From Capsulimonadaceae bacterium (GTDB lineage Bacteria; Armatimonadota; Armatimonadia; Armatimonadales; Capsulimonadaceae), in assembly GCA_965215505.1 (NCBI GenBank), contig OZ244065.1, forward strand, positions 6,080,001-6,144,000: a DNA stretch of 64,000 nt, given 5' to 3'. The notes under the pieces are model-generated. The model made no database searches. It was not told the DNA's origin and saw nothing but the letters and a program-made list of their open reading frames with translations. The translations under genes and the position numbers were made by a program. Position 1 is the first letter of the stretch, and each line of letters opens with the position of its first letter. Below, in pieces: positions 26,183 to 35,682 of this stretch.

Positions 26183-28189
26183 TCAGATCGGGAACGTCCG
26201 ATACCCCGCGTGGCCGGTCGCGAGGAAGTACAGGGACCAGAGGGCGGAGATGCCGTAGTCGCCAAGCACCAGGCCGATGAAGAAGGGTAGGGCGGAACGG
26301 TACATCTTGACGCCGCCGTAGCGCAGGATCAGGGACTTGGCGAGCCAGCCCAGAAGCACCGGGAACCAGATCCAGGTCATGGTGTCCGTGCTGCCCACGG
26401 CGTACCCGATGGGGTGCAGCGGCCACCAGGTGAAGCGCGTCCGCAGGAACCCCATGACCGTCACGACGACCAGCCCGACGAGGGCGGCGCTGATGCGGGC
26501 GGTGTCAGCGGGCTTGGGGGCGTTCAGCCAGCCCTGCAAGTCGTCGAACCCGTAGTGGCCCTGCCCCGTCCGCCAGTCGTTGACGTGCGCGCTGGCCGCC
26601 CCGAAGTGGTAGTAGATGCCCAGGCACGAAACCCAGGCGGCGAGGCAGCCGACCAGGATGGCGACGAAGACGGCCGCAGTCAGGTGGCGCGGGTTCATCG
26701 GGCGCGGCCCGGTCGAGTCGGCGATCTTCATGGCCTCGATCTCGGCGGGCTGGCCCAGGCAGCGCCAGTCCGAGTCGAACCAGCGGACGAACGAGAAGGC
26801 GACCAGCTCGCGCGGCGCGAAGGCCTCCGTCCCGCCCAGGTTAACCATGTTCCCGTGCGTCAGGTTGTAGGGCGCCTGCCCCCAGGGCAGGCCCGCCTCG
26901 GCCCGGATGCGCGTGAAGGTCAGGGCCAGCAGCAGCAGGCCAACCCAGAAGATCAGCGACACCCAGAGCGACAGGCCCAGGGCGACCCCGAAGCCGACCA
27001 GCAGCGCCGACGAGCCGAACAGGCCGAGGTAGGCCGCCCGGTAGGACATCGGCTCGGCCGAGTCATCCACGTCCGTCGCCCCCCGGAACGCCTTACGCCA
27101 GGCCTCGGAAAGCTGCGGCCGGGCCAGGACCAGCGAGTAGAGGGCCAGCCCGAGGAAGGCCCCGACGCCCTGCTCGGCGGTGTAAGGCATGTTCGCCAGG
27201 GTCGGGCCCGCGCCCGGATCGCGGAAGCCGAGCGAGGTCGCGCCGACGTTCTGAAGCTTGGTGAACAGATAGAAGAACCAGCAGGAGAACGACACGTCCA
27301 GCGACAGCAGGTAGGTCAGGCCGATGACGAGCGGGTAGAAGGCCATCGTCGTGTATCCAATGGCGTTCCACGGTGTCGTCTTGATGCCCTGCTCCAGTTG
27401 CAGGCCGATCTCGGGCTTGATCGGGATGTACGGGAACGTCGGGATCAGCGTGAAGTGGATCGCCGCAACGCTCTCCAGCACGACCGGGATGCCGACGCCC
27501 AGCCACAGCAGGCGGTTCATCCACAGCGGCGTGCTGCCGCCGTCGCGCGTGATCTCCAGCGGGATCTGGACGATGGGGAAGATCAGCCGCTCCCGGTCCA
27601 CCCACTGACGCCGGAGCAGGGCGGCGATGCAGTAGAAGCAGAACAGCAGGGTGAAGATGAACCCGGTCCAGACGGCCACCGGCCCGGCCCAGGCCGCCAG
27701 GTGCTGGGCGGTGAACAGCGTCGTCTGGCCCTTGTAGTAGTCGGTCGCCGTGCCCGCATTGGGAACGGCCCAGGCCGGAATGAAGTGCTGCCAGTTGTCC
27801 CACTTGTTCTCGCGCGTCGCGTAATACTTCCAGCCGACCAGGGCGGGCGTCAGGAACTGCATCATGCCGATGCCGCCGATGTAGATGGCGACCGTGTTCA
27901 TGGTGTAGATGAACATCAGCTCGGCCTGCGTCAAGGCCAGGGCGGGCCGGTACTTCTTGACGCCCAGGTTGATGCCGATCACGACCAGCAGGGCGAACAG
28001 GACGGCCATCGGCAGCGACATGGCCGCGAGGTCCGGGCCGGCGGCAACGATCTCGGTGTATTCCAGCCAGAAGTCGAGCAGGGGGATCAGGAGCAGGCCG
28101 ATGATCCAGGCGCGCGGCGTGATGCCGCTCCACCGGGCCGCCTGCGGCTTCGGGGCGGCGGTGTCGGGTCGTTTCTGTGTCAGGGACAT
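26183..28189 (-). CDS. Polytopic membrane protein, DUF6785/DUF6784 (OPT-like putative peptide transporter)
   Basis: Many TM segments; LLRRQWVDRERLIFP, RIRAEAG, WWPLHPIGY, ILRYGG...PFFIGLVLGD. Confidence 0.75.
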   Translation of the reverse strand: MSLTQKRPDTAAPKPQAARWSGITPRAWIIGLLLIPLLDFWLEYTEIVAAGPDLAAMSLPMAVLFALLVVIGINLGVKKYRPALALTQAELMFIYTMNTVAIYIGGIGMMQFLTPALVGWKYYATRENKWDNWQHFIPAWAVPNAGTATDYYKGQTTLFTAQHLAAWAGPVAVWTGFIFTLLFCFYCIAALLRRQWVDRERLIFPIVQIPLEITRDGGSTPLWMNRLLWLGVGIPVVLESVAAIHFTLIPTFPYIPIKPEIGLQLEQGIKTTPWNAIGYTTMAFYPLVIGLTYLLSLDVSFSCWFFYLFTKLQNVGATSLGFRDPGAGPTLANMPYTAEQGVGAFLGLALYSLVLARPQLSEAWRKAFRGATDVDDSAEPMSYRAAYLGLFGSSALLVGFGVALGLSLWVSLIFWVGLLLLALTFTRIRAEAGLPWGQAPYNLTHGNMVNLGGTEAFAPRELVAFSFVRWFDSDWRCLGQPAEIEAMKIADSTGPRPMNPRHLTAAVFVAILVGCLAAWVSCLGIYYHFGAASAHVNDWRTGQGHYGFDDLQGWLNAPKPADTARISAALVGLVVVTVMGFLRTRFTWWPLHPIGYAVGSTDTMTWIWFPVLLGWLAKSLILRYGGVKMYRSALPFFIGLVLGDYGISALWSLYFLATGHAGYRTFPI

Positions 28190-28230
28190 AAGGCTTCGGT
28201 GTCTCAGTGTGTGGCGTTGTCAGCGTCGCT

Positions 28231-28259
28231 ATAGTAACACACGCGGCGCGGGTTGTCAA
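28231..28259 (-). promoter_or_regulatory. Sigma70-type promoter
   Basis: TTGACA-17 nt-TACTAT on the minus strand, upstream of ATG at 28189. Confidence 0.7.
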
Positions 28260-28297
28260 CCGTTCGCAGAGCGGGGAGATGATAGGGATGGGACGTG

Positions 28298-28334
28298 AAA
28301 AAGCCGCTGCGTCTGTTGACGCAGCGGCCTTTTT
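28298..28334. terminator. Rho-independent terminator
   Basis: GCCGCTGCGTC-TGTT-GACGCAGCGGC flanked by A and T tracts. Confidence 0.85.
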
Positions 28335-28342
28335 CCGCCCCC

Positions 28343-29323
28343 TTAGTTTCCGTCCGCTCTTCCTGGAGCAAGAACTATTTCGCTTAATGGTTCCCCGTGC
28401 GAGGCGTAGAGCGCCCTGATGTGTTGACGCAAGAGCGGGTTACTCCCTCGGTACACCCGAGCCATACCGTTGATGACGGCTGATGTGATGTGTTTGTCCT
28501 GGGTGGGTCCCGGCTTCAGCAGCATCCCCATCAGGATATCCGGCGCGTCAGCGGGTTTCAGCCAGACCAAGTCCTCGACCGCCTCGGAAAGAACCCAGAA
28601 TGAACTGGACGGATCAGAAAGCAGCGCCTGCCAACTCGGCGCGGCTTGGGCGCTGGGCATGGAAAACAGGGCATTGATCAGTATGTTTCTTTTGGCGACA
28701 GGCTCCGCCGGACTCAACCGGAGGATAGTCTTCTCCAGATTCTGCCCGGTAGATCGAAGGCGAGCGGTGTCTGCTTTGGCGATGGTCAGCGGGAAACTGA
28801 TGTCCTGCGCGCTCACTTCGCCGTCTGCGGGTGCCGAAGCAGCGACGACACGGTAGAACAGATGCACATGAGCCACCAGAGTGTATCTCCCGGCGGCCTG
28901 CGTGGGGAACCATTGACTTGCGACCACATAGCCTTCCAAGGTGCTGTGGGCGTTGATTAACCCCGGTGTGCTGAAATTACTCGTGAGTGATCCGAAGCTG
29001 TTTCCAGAGTCCTGCTGGCGGGCGGTCGGAACTGAGCGTCCGGCGACGGCATGGCCCGACGCATCCACGAGACTCAGGGACAGCCAGTTGCTACAGTCTT
29101 CTCTCATGCCGATGAATCTGGTTGCTTGAAACTCATTCTTGATGCTGTATCTCAGGATGACCGGTTCCCCCTGCGTGATGGTGCTGCTGGAAGCGAGGGA
29201 GATAGCCGCATTCAAGTCTGCACCCGGCGTCTGGGCCTGGGCAGAAACTCCAGCGAGTGCGATGAGGGCGGTACAAGCCGCCACTGTTCTCCTGAGCAGT
29301 ATCGGAGCGGTATTTTGCTTCAT
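28343..29323 (-). CDS. Secreted hypothetical protein (Ig-like N-domain, helical C-domain)
   Basis: Signal peptide ending AQA; AGGAG SD overlaps the upstream stop; lower GC. Confidence 0.7.
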   Translation of the reverse strand: MKQNTAPILLRRTVAACTALIALAGVSAQAQTPGADLNAAISLASSSTITQGEPVILRYSIKNEFQATRFIGMREDCSNWLSLSLVDASGHAVAGRSVPTARQQDSGNSFGSLTSNFSTPGLINAHSTLEGYVVASQWFPTQAAGRYTLVAHVHLFYRVVAASAPADGEVSAQDISFPLTIAKADTARLRSTGQNLEKTILRLSPAEPVAKRNILINALFSMPSAQAAPSWQALLSDPSSSFWVLSEAVEDLVWLKPADAPDILMGMLLKPGPTQDKHITSAVINGMARVYRGSNPLLRQHIRALYASHGEPLSEIVLAPGRADGN

Positions 29324-29333
29324 TTTGCTTCTC

Positions 29334-30624
29334 CTAAGGCAGACTCTTCAAAGCCGAGTGACCATGGGCGCTGATTGAGTATAGGCCGGTGGTCCCCGCA
29401 GCATTAGTGGCAGAGACGGTACGGGTGATGGTGGACGGCGAATTGTTGTCCGGCCCAGGGATTTTCGTCCCGACTTCGCCCGTTGTGCTGTCATCGAAAA
29501 GATAGTTCTGGGTGGCCGACCAAGATGTAGACGGCGTAGGGTAGGGCGCGACGAATCCTGACGTTGGAGGACTAAAACCGTCTATTACATAGCCCTGAAG
29601 CAGATATGGGAAGTTGATCTTGTTCGGGGTGTTGTAAGAATATGGCTGTGGCGGATCTGTATCCTGACGGAAAGCCACCGGCGGAGAGGGAGGAACATAG
29701 AATCCAGTGACATAGCCACCCGGAGGTGCAGGGTTTCCGCTCCAGCCGAGGGTTTCATAGGCACTGATTGATGTCAAATCAGCTACATTTCCGTCTGTTG
29801 AGCTGATGGAGTAGTGAAAGGAAAGTCGTCCGCCGATGTTGTCTACATATACCGCAGGACTGGTGCCATCAGGCGTGAGGCGCATATTGTACGGCTGTGC
29901 GTGGATGGAAGCACCGTAGCTGACGCTGGCTTTGGCACCATAGTACCAGATGGGGGAAGTGACCGTGGTGTGAGCCGTCACCGTGTGCTTGTCCACGGCG
30001 ACCGTTCCGTTGCTGACGGGGTAGCTCTTGAAGTGTTGGATATTTGAGCCGGTGGGGTAGGTCTGGTCAGGAGGAGGCCCCGAACAGCCTTTCTCGCTGT
30101 AAGGGGATTGCATCACGTCGCCCTCACTATCCCCCAAGCCATTGGCGGCAGAGCCGCTGACGGAGCCTGGATGCTGGTCGTCGCCGGAGTCCGCCGACCA
30201 GAAGGCGGTCGCGCTCTCCTGCACCAACACGTTGTCGGGGGGCGGGTCGGTGGTTGAGTTCAGACCATCCGCAGGTTTCCAAATGAATGTGACTTGGACA
30301 CTGATGGTACTGGTGAGATCGCATCCCGTGCCGCTGGAATAGCCTGTTCGGGCGACTTGATAGGCAGCAACGCCAGCACTAAAGCCTGGATAAACTGTGG
30401 CGTTGCCGTTTGCATCTTTAGTATGAAGGGAAGTCGGGGATGTAGCCTAGGTTCCCGCTACCCGTGAAGCTTGTCCCTTTGTTGTCACCGACGATGGTAT
30501 AGGTTCAGGAGCCGGCCCTGGCACTGGGACAGGAGAAGAGCATCGCCATCAAGGCGAGGCCGGAGAGTGCGAAAATCTTATATAATATAAGACGTGCGCG
30601 GCGAACGAGAGGGCAGTGGTACAT
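29334..30624 (-). pseudogene. Disrupted secreted Ser/Thr/Gly-rich protein (one nonsense codon and one frameshift)
   Basis: ATG at 30624 gives a signal peptide ...LSGLALMAMLFSCPSARAGS, then TGA at 30505-30507, then TYTIVG...PSY to TAA at 30418-30420. A different frame is open from 30446 to the stop at 29334. Confidence 0.7.
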
Positions 30625-30910
30625 GAGTGGGACCCGCCTTTGGACTCACCAGCTGTGGTGGTCTTCGTCATCAACGCCAACTTCCTCACTCATCATTGCA
30701 TTACCCCCGACGGTTTGTCAAGCGGTTCTGAAAATAGGTCTAAGATGGCTTGCTGTAAAGTTCATCACTTTGTGACAAGAGATGGGTTGAAGGAAGCCGC
30801 CCGGCACCGCAGGGCGGCTTACTCTCTGCCTGATCGCGCCAAACCCGGCGCGCGCTGCTTTTGTGCTATAGTGGGAGTAGACTCGGACGCAGTGGGGCAG
30901 GAGGTGGAAC

Positions 30911-31180
30911 GTGGCACAGAAAGCAAAAATCCGGAGGCCGGGGGGGCGCATCGCCGGCTCGGCCCCGCAGAGCAATGGAACGAACGGTTCAGCGAACAAC
31001 GGGGCGAACGGCTTCCACAAGGCCGACCCCGAGCCGCCGCTGCTGGGCAAGGATCACCCGCTGGCGCACATCGCAGGCAGTTACAAGGATGATCCTTTTT
31101 GGGATGAGCTCATCCAAATCATGAAGGATGAGCGCCTCAGGGAAGACGAGCGCTACTTGAAGGACCTGAAGGGCGAGTGA
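30911..31180 (+). CDS. Putative antitoxin upstream of the PIN toxin
   Basis: GGAGG SD; HPLAHIAGSYKDDPFWDELIQIM...ER motif typical of small PIN partners; 4 bp from the PIN gene. Confidence 0.65.
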   Translation: MAQKAKIRRPGGRIAGSAPQSNGTNGSANNGANGFHKADPEPPLLGKDHPLAHIAGSYKDDPFWDELIQIMKDERLREDERYLKDLKGE

Positions 31181-31184
31181 CGTT

Positions 31185-31633
31185 TTGTACCTTCTGGATA
31201 GCGACACATACAGCCGGTTCCAGCAGGGACATGAAAGGGTTACGGCTCGGCTGCTGTCCGCGCCGCGCGGCAGGATTTGGCTCCCAGCCATCTTGGTGGA
31301 AGAACAGCTCCGTGGCCGATTGTCGGTGCTTGCTGGTCTAAACCCAAGCCAGGCTGTGGACTCCCTGCGTGTGCCGCAGGCTTACGGGCTGCTGTTAAAG
31401 ACGCTGCGCGACCTTCAGGACTTTCAACACCTTCCCTACACCCCTGATGCCGAGGCCCTGTACCAATCCTGGCCCGCCGCTACCAATCCTGGTCCGCCGC
31501 CGTCATGCGGCTGGGGACACGCGACTGCCGGATCGCGGCCACGGCCATCGTCAGCGGCTTCACGGTCATCACCTGTAACACGCGCCACTTCCAGCCCATC
31601 CCCAGCGTCAGGGTGGAGGACTGGAGCGTCTAG
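31185..31633 (+). pseudogene. vapC: VapC/PIN toxin frameshifted by a 20-bp tandem duplication
   Basis: N-terminal YLLDSD...EEQLRG. After the duplication at 31461-31500 the PIN C-terminus RDCRIAATAIVSGFTVITCNTRHFQPIPSVRVEDWSV* is in another frame, ending at TAG 31631-31633. Confidence 0.88.
31461..31500. repeat. 20-bp tandem duplication with one mismatch
   Basis: TACCAATCCTGGCCCGCCGC TACCAATCCTGGTCCGCCGC. Confidence 0.95.
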
Positions 31634-31663
31634 CTCCGTGCCCCGTCCCCTGCCGGTCCATCC

Positions 31664-32359
31664 CTATTGAACAGCAATGACCGCCGTGGCCGTGGCGGAG
31701 CGGCCCTGCGTGTCGGTGACGTAGCACAGCACCGTGTCCGTCTCGGCGGCGGCGGGCGCGGTGAACGTCGCCTGGGCGGGGTTTGTCGCGCTTTGGACCA
31801 CCGTGCCCGTGCCGGTGGCGATGGAGAAGTGGTAAGTGGGGGTGCCGCCCGCGACGACGGCGGTGAGGAGGTCCGTCTGGCCCGACGTGACCACGCCCGA
31901 GGCGGCGGAGAGGAGGACGGTCAGCGCGGGCACGACGGGCGTCCCGGCCCGCAGCGTGACGGTGCGCGCCACCGTGTCGCCACGCGCGTTGGTGACGGTG
32001 CAGGTGACGAGCGTGTCGCCGTCGGTCGTGGGCGTGTCGCCCGCCGTGCTGACGTTGTTCTGCGTGAGCGAGGTCCCGTTGATGCCGGACCAGGTGAAGG
32101 TGAGCGGGCTGTGGTCGGGGTCGTGGGCGGTGCAGACAAGGGCGGCGGCAGAGTTCGTGGGCGTGGCGACGACGGGAACGGAGGTGCCAGGAAAGACCAC
32201 GGCGGCCCCATTGACCGTGAACCCGTCAATGACCGGCGTGGTGGCGGTCGGCAGTGACGCGCCGCCCCCGCCACACCCGGACAGGGCGACCGCCAAGGCG
32301 GCGAGGAGCAGGCCGGGGACGCGGCGGCAGAGGAAGGCGGGGGTGATCGGCGTCATCAT
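31664..32359 (-). CDS. Lipoprotein with two Ig-like/PKD domains
   Basis: Lipobox LSGC followed by GGGG; AHDPDHSPLTFTWS; VTCTVTNARG; YVTDTQG. Confidence 0.8.
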   Translation of the reverse strand: MMTPITPAFLCRRVPGLLLAALAVALSGCGGGGASLPTATTPVIDGFTVNGAAVVFPGTSVPVVATPTNSAAALVCTAHDPDHSPLTFTWSGINGTSLTQNNVSTAGDTPTTDGDTLVTCTVTNARGDTVARTVTLRAGTPVVPALTVLLSAASGVVTSGQTDLLTAVVAGGTPTYHFSIATGTGTVVQSATNPAQATFTAPAAAETDTVLCYVTDTQGRSATATAVIAVQ

Positions 32360-32484
32360 GTCCAATCATAACAGAAAGGCCCGGCGGCGTCAAGCCCGCC
32401 GGCGCGGGACGCCTGCAACAAATCAGCCGCTCGCGGGTCTATAATGTCAGCAAAACGGGCGGGACGAAAAGGGAGACACTGGCG

Positions 32485-33039
32485 ATGAAGAATATTTGGG
32501 CAAGGGTGACGGCGACGGTGCTGCTCTGCCTGCTGCTGGCGGTGGCGGGGCTTGCGCGCGGCGGCGGGGGAGGGGGACACGGCGGCGGGTCGTTCGGGGG
32601 CGGCCACAGCTCCTTCGGTGGGGGCGGGTCTTTCGGCGGGAGTCGGTCGAGCGGGTCGTTCGGCGGCGGGGCGCGCTCGACCGGCGGCAGCTTCGGGCGG
32701 TCGGGGACGTTCGGCGGCTCGCGCGGGTCCGGCCTGGGCAGCCACGTCTCGTCCTACTCCACGCGCACGCCCGTCGCGAGCCGGCCCATGTCCTACGGCG
32801 GCTACTCGGGGAACGCGCACTACTACGGCGGCTACTCGGATTACTCTTACGGCTGGGCGCACCCCGTGTGGTACATGTACACGCCGTTCCACCCGGCCTT
32901 CTACTACGGGCCGCCGGTCTACTCCGGCGGGTCTTACTATCCGGGACAGTTCGACTTTCTGCACCTGCTGATCACGATCGTTCTGGTCCTCGCTATCGTC
33001 TGGCTGGTCGTGAGCATCTACAAGAAGGCGCGGGCGTGA
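32485..33039 (+). CDS. Gly/Ser- and Tyr-rich low-complexity membrane protein
   Basis: Signal or TM segment, repeated GGSFGG, Tyr-rich block, C-terminal TM with a basic tail; GGAG SD. Confidence 0.75.
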   Translation: MKNIWARVTATVLLCLLLAVAGLARGGGGGGHGGGSFGGGHSSFGGGGSFGGSRSSGSFGGGARSTGGSFGRSGTFGGSRGSGLGSHVSSYSTRTPVASRPMSYGGYSGNAHYYGGYSDYSYGWAHPVWYMYTPFHPAFYYGPPVYSGGSYYPGQFDFLHLLITIVLVLAIVWLVVSIYKKARA

Positions 33040-33070
33040 GTGACGCATTGTGCGTTGCCACGGACACACT

Positions 33071-33109
33071 AAAAGAAGCCCGGCTGCACTTGGCAGCCGG
33101 GCTTCTCTT
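33071..33109. terminator. Bidirectional terminator downstream of tRNA-His
   Basis: AGAAGCCCGGCTGC-ACTTG-GCAGCCGGGCTTCT. Confidence 0.85.
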
Positions 33110-33134
33110 ATCGTGGACGGGCTACGAGAGGAAG

Positions 33135-33208
33135 GGCGAACGATGGGACTTGAACCCACGGCCTCCAGTGCCACAAACTGGCGTTCTAACCAACTGAACT
33201 ACGCTCGC
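33135..33208 (-). tRNA. tRNA-His (GUG); CCA and G-1 not encoded
   Basis: Cloverleaf: GCGAGCG/CGTTCGC acceptor stem, GTTC/GAAC D stem, CCAGT-TTGTGGC-ACTGG anticodon arm, GTGGG-TTCAAGT-CCCAT T arm, discriminator C. Confidence 0.97.
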
Positions 33209-33226
33209 ATTTGGCCCTTCTGACGC

Positions 33227-33255
33227 ATTATACCCAAGTCTTCGCGGGCTGTCAA
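33227..33255 (-). promoter_or_regulatory. Consensus sigma70 promoter of tRNA-His
   Basis: TTGACA-17 nt-TATAAT on the minus strand; the -35 overlaps the DUF1501 stop codon. Confidence 0.85.
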
Positions 33256-35000
33256 CCGGTGCGTTTGATGAAACGCAGCGGACCGCGCTGGTTCCGGCCC
33301 CGCCCTTGCGGGTTGATGCCAGAGAGGTGCAGGGCGGTGGCGTACACGTCGCCGTGGTCGGGGATTGAGGAGAGCGCACTCTGCTTTGCGCCTGCCTTGA
33401 GTTCTCCCGTCGCCGGGTCGTAAGCGGGGTCGAGGCTGCCGTCGGGCATCAGCGGGATGGGGAGCAGGTTTTTCTGGCCGATCAGGCCGTACTGCGTACT
33501 GCCCTTCACCGCGCCGCCGAGGAAGGCCGCCGAGGTCACCTTCCAGTGCTGGGAGATGTCCTGGCCGTCAATCATCTGCTGCTTCTCGGCGTCCGTGATC
33601 TTCATCGCCTTGATGGCGTCCACGTCGCCGTGGATCGTCCGCCCGAACTCCGAGGTGATCACGATGTTGGTGTGGTCGAACAGGCTGGTGCCGCTCTCCT
33701 TGTACTGCGTGGTCTTCAGCGAGTCAACGAGCGCGTGGAGCGGCCCCCACAGGTCCTCGTTCATCATCTGCGTCTGGTCCGGCTGGCCGTGCGGCGTTCG
33801 CTTCGGGCCGTCCCAGAGGTTGCTGCGGTTGAAATGGCTGTCGAACCGGCGGATGTCGCGCGTCTCGATCCAGTAGCCGCACCCCATCCCCGCACGCAGC
33901 ATTTCAAATGTCATCATGGCCTGTACGTTCGTCTTGGGGGAGAACTTGGAACGCGCCTTGTTGCCGTTGATGCTGTTGTAGGAGATCAGCTCGTCCTGGG
34001 GCGACACGGCGAACTTGGACCGCAGGATCGGGTCGGTGAACAGCCGCCCGATCCGGGCGGGGTCGAGGGTGCGTCCCGCCCGCGTCATGCGGAGGAACAT
34101 CTCGCGCGCCGAGTCGTAGCTCTTGACCACGTCCAGGGACGCATCGGAGCGGATGTGCTGGTGGACGTCGCCCAGGAACGACTCGATCTGGAGGTTCACG
34201 GGGTCGCCAGACGAGGCCTGTAAGCGGGCCAGCATCTGGCGCAGGTTGGCTGGCGTCCCGCCATAAACGGTGTTCGCCTGCGGCGGCCCCAGGCCGGTGT
34301 AGTAGCCCTTGCGGCCCGTGTACTGCACCTCGTTCAGTTCGCCGTCAGAGAGCCAGTAGTGCCACGAAACGTGCGGCAGGACATACGGCTGCCCGTAGAC
34401 CTCGCAGAAGGCCTGCATCACCGAGCGCTCATCGTCCTCCCGGTCGGCGGACGCCTCGAAGTCATACGACCCCATGTGCGCCCGGAGCCGGTCCCCGGAG
34501 TGGAAGTCGCCCGTTGACATGCTGGACAGGATCGCCATGTCCGCGAACAGGTCTTTGCCCTTCTCGGCCAAGTACCCGTAGCGAATGTTGCCGTGCGTCT
34601 GGATCTGATACCCCGGCTCCCCCCAGTGCAGCACACGGTAACGCTCCTTGGAAGGGTCGTCCATCCGCATCAGGACGTTGTTCGGCGTCTCGACCGGCGA
34701 GAACATGTCGTAGCTCTCCCAGCCGCCCTCCATGAACCAGTAGATCAAATAGTGCGGCTTGTCGGCCTCGGCGATCTTGTCGCGGATGCGTCCCTCGTGC
34801 GTCGCGCCGTAGGCGGGCAGCCCGTGGCTGAGGAAGTAGCCGAGGAAGTCCGCGCAGGTCAGCGCCCCGACCACCTGCCGGGCCGAACGTCCGAGGAACC
34901 GGCGGCGGCTCCCCGCCGCCGGGTTCTGCGGCTCGGGCGGCGGTGGTCCCAGCCGGACGCTCTCATGGTCAACGTCGCAGGGCTGCGTGAACGGTTTCAT
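33252..35000 (-). CDS. DUF1501-family Tat-exported protein
   Basis: SRRRFLG Tat motif, YWFMEGGWESYDMFSP, FDSH, TNIVITSEFGRT, HW...AAFLGGAVKG. Confidence 0.8.
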   Translation of the reverse strand: MKPFTQPCDVDHESVRLGPPPPEPQNPAAGSRRRFLGRSARQVVGALTCADFLGYFLSHGLPAYGATHEGRIRDKIAEADKPHYLIYWFMEGGWESYDMFSPVETPNNVLMRMDDPSKERYRVLHWGEPGYQIQTHGNIRYGYLAEKGKDLFADMAILSSMSTGDFHSGDRLRAHMGSYDFEASADREDDERSVMQAFCEVYGQPYVLPHVSWHYWLSDGELNEVQYTGRKGYYTGLGPPQANTVYGGTPANLRQMLARLQASSGDPVNLQIESFLGDVHQHIRSDASLDVVKSYDSAREMFLRMTRAGRTLDPARIGRLFTDPILRSKFAVSPQDELISYNSINGNKARSKFSPKTNVQAMMTFEMLRAGMGCGYWIETRDIRRFDSHFNRSNLWDGPKRTPHGQPDQTQMMNEDLWGPLHALVDSLKTTQYKESGTSLFDHTNIVITSEFGRTIHGDVDAIKAMKITDAEKQQMIDGQDISQHWKVTSAAFLGGAVKGSTQYGLIGQKNLLPIPLMPDGSLDPAYDPATGELKAGAKQSALSSIPDHGDVYATALHLSGINPQGRGRNQRGPLRFIKRTG

Positions 35001-35039
35001 AGTAGGTTTGCTCTCGGGACCGGTGCTGTACAAATCACA

Positions 35040-35174
35040 CCCGGCCCTGAAGGGCCGGGCTACTCCCGGCTTCGCCGGACGAAGCCCCTTCGGGGCTAAA
35101 TGCCGCCTGCGCTGGCCGATCTTCAGCCCCGGAGGGGCTTTCACTCAACAGTAGCCCAGCCTTTCAAGGCCGGG
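35040..35174. repeat. Second GTAG REP family: inverted doublet with two internal palindromes
   Basis: CCCGGCCCTGAAGGGCCGGGCTAC (35040-35063), AGCCCCTTCGGGGCT, AGCCCCGGAGGGGCT, then GTAGCCCAGCCTTTCAAGGCCGGG (35151-35174). Confidence 0.8.
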
Positions 35175-35631
35175 GATTGTTTTTTCGGATGTGGCCTGTC
35201 ACGCGGATTGCTGAACCTTCCCAGGTGTAAGGCACGTTCACAGATTCCAGGCGTTTTTCGATCTCCTGGCGGTAGTCAACTTTAACTGTCGCACCGATGG
35301 GGTCAATCTCCATCCATTCAATAGCCAGCACAATATCAGGCGAACTCGGTCCTTCAAAGTAGGGCGTGGGGAGGGCGGAGGAAAAGCCTCCCTGAATATG
35401 GCGTGTCCAATTAGACACTTTAGCGTTGTCTAACCACTTGACGCGCCTCCAAAGCCATAAATCTCTGAGTACATCCAGCATTTCCATCCACTTCGTGTCG
35501 TTCATGCGGCTTCCGTCGCAATCGCGCTCGATGATCTGTCTCAAACACTGTTTGTACTCTTCATTCCAATCCATATGTGGCGGACTCTGTTCTTTCCCAT
35601 CTACTTCTTTTTGGTTCGCTTTTTGCTTCAC
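35164..35631 (-). CDS. DUF6678-like protein (low GC)
   Basis: MNDTKWMEM...IEWMEI...LESVNVPY...IRVTGH pattern; markedly AT-richer than the flanks. Confidence 0.65.
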   Translation of the reverse strand: MKQKANQKEVDGKEQSPPHMDWNEEYKQCLRQIIERDCDGSRMNDTKWMEMLDVLRDLWLWRRVKWLDNAKVSNWTRHIQGGFSSALPTPYFEGPSSPDIVLAIEWMEIDPIGATVKVDYRQEIEKRLESVNVPYTWEGSAIRVTGHIRKNNPRP

Positions 35632-35682
35632 ACGGCGAACTAAACACAGATTCGATGCCGATGCGCCGTCTCCGACTCGTCT

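Noticed and set aside
30505-30507. In-frame TGA as selenocysteine or a recoded Trp
   Set aside because: The same gene also has a frameshift, TGA is used as a stop throughout the window, and the context is not a redox motif.
31185-31670. 161-aa ORF as an intact novel PIN protein
   Set aside because: The C-terminus is out-of-frame sequence caused by the 20-bp duplication and runs into the convergent gene.
28300-33135. Genomic island integrated at the tRNA-His 3' end
   Set aside because: There is no integrase. The only match I found to the tRNA 3' end is about 9 bp (GGGCGAACG near 31002), too short to call an att site.
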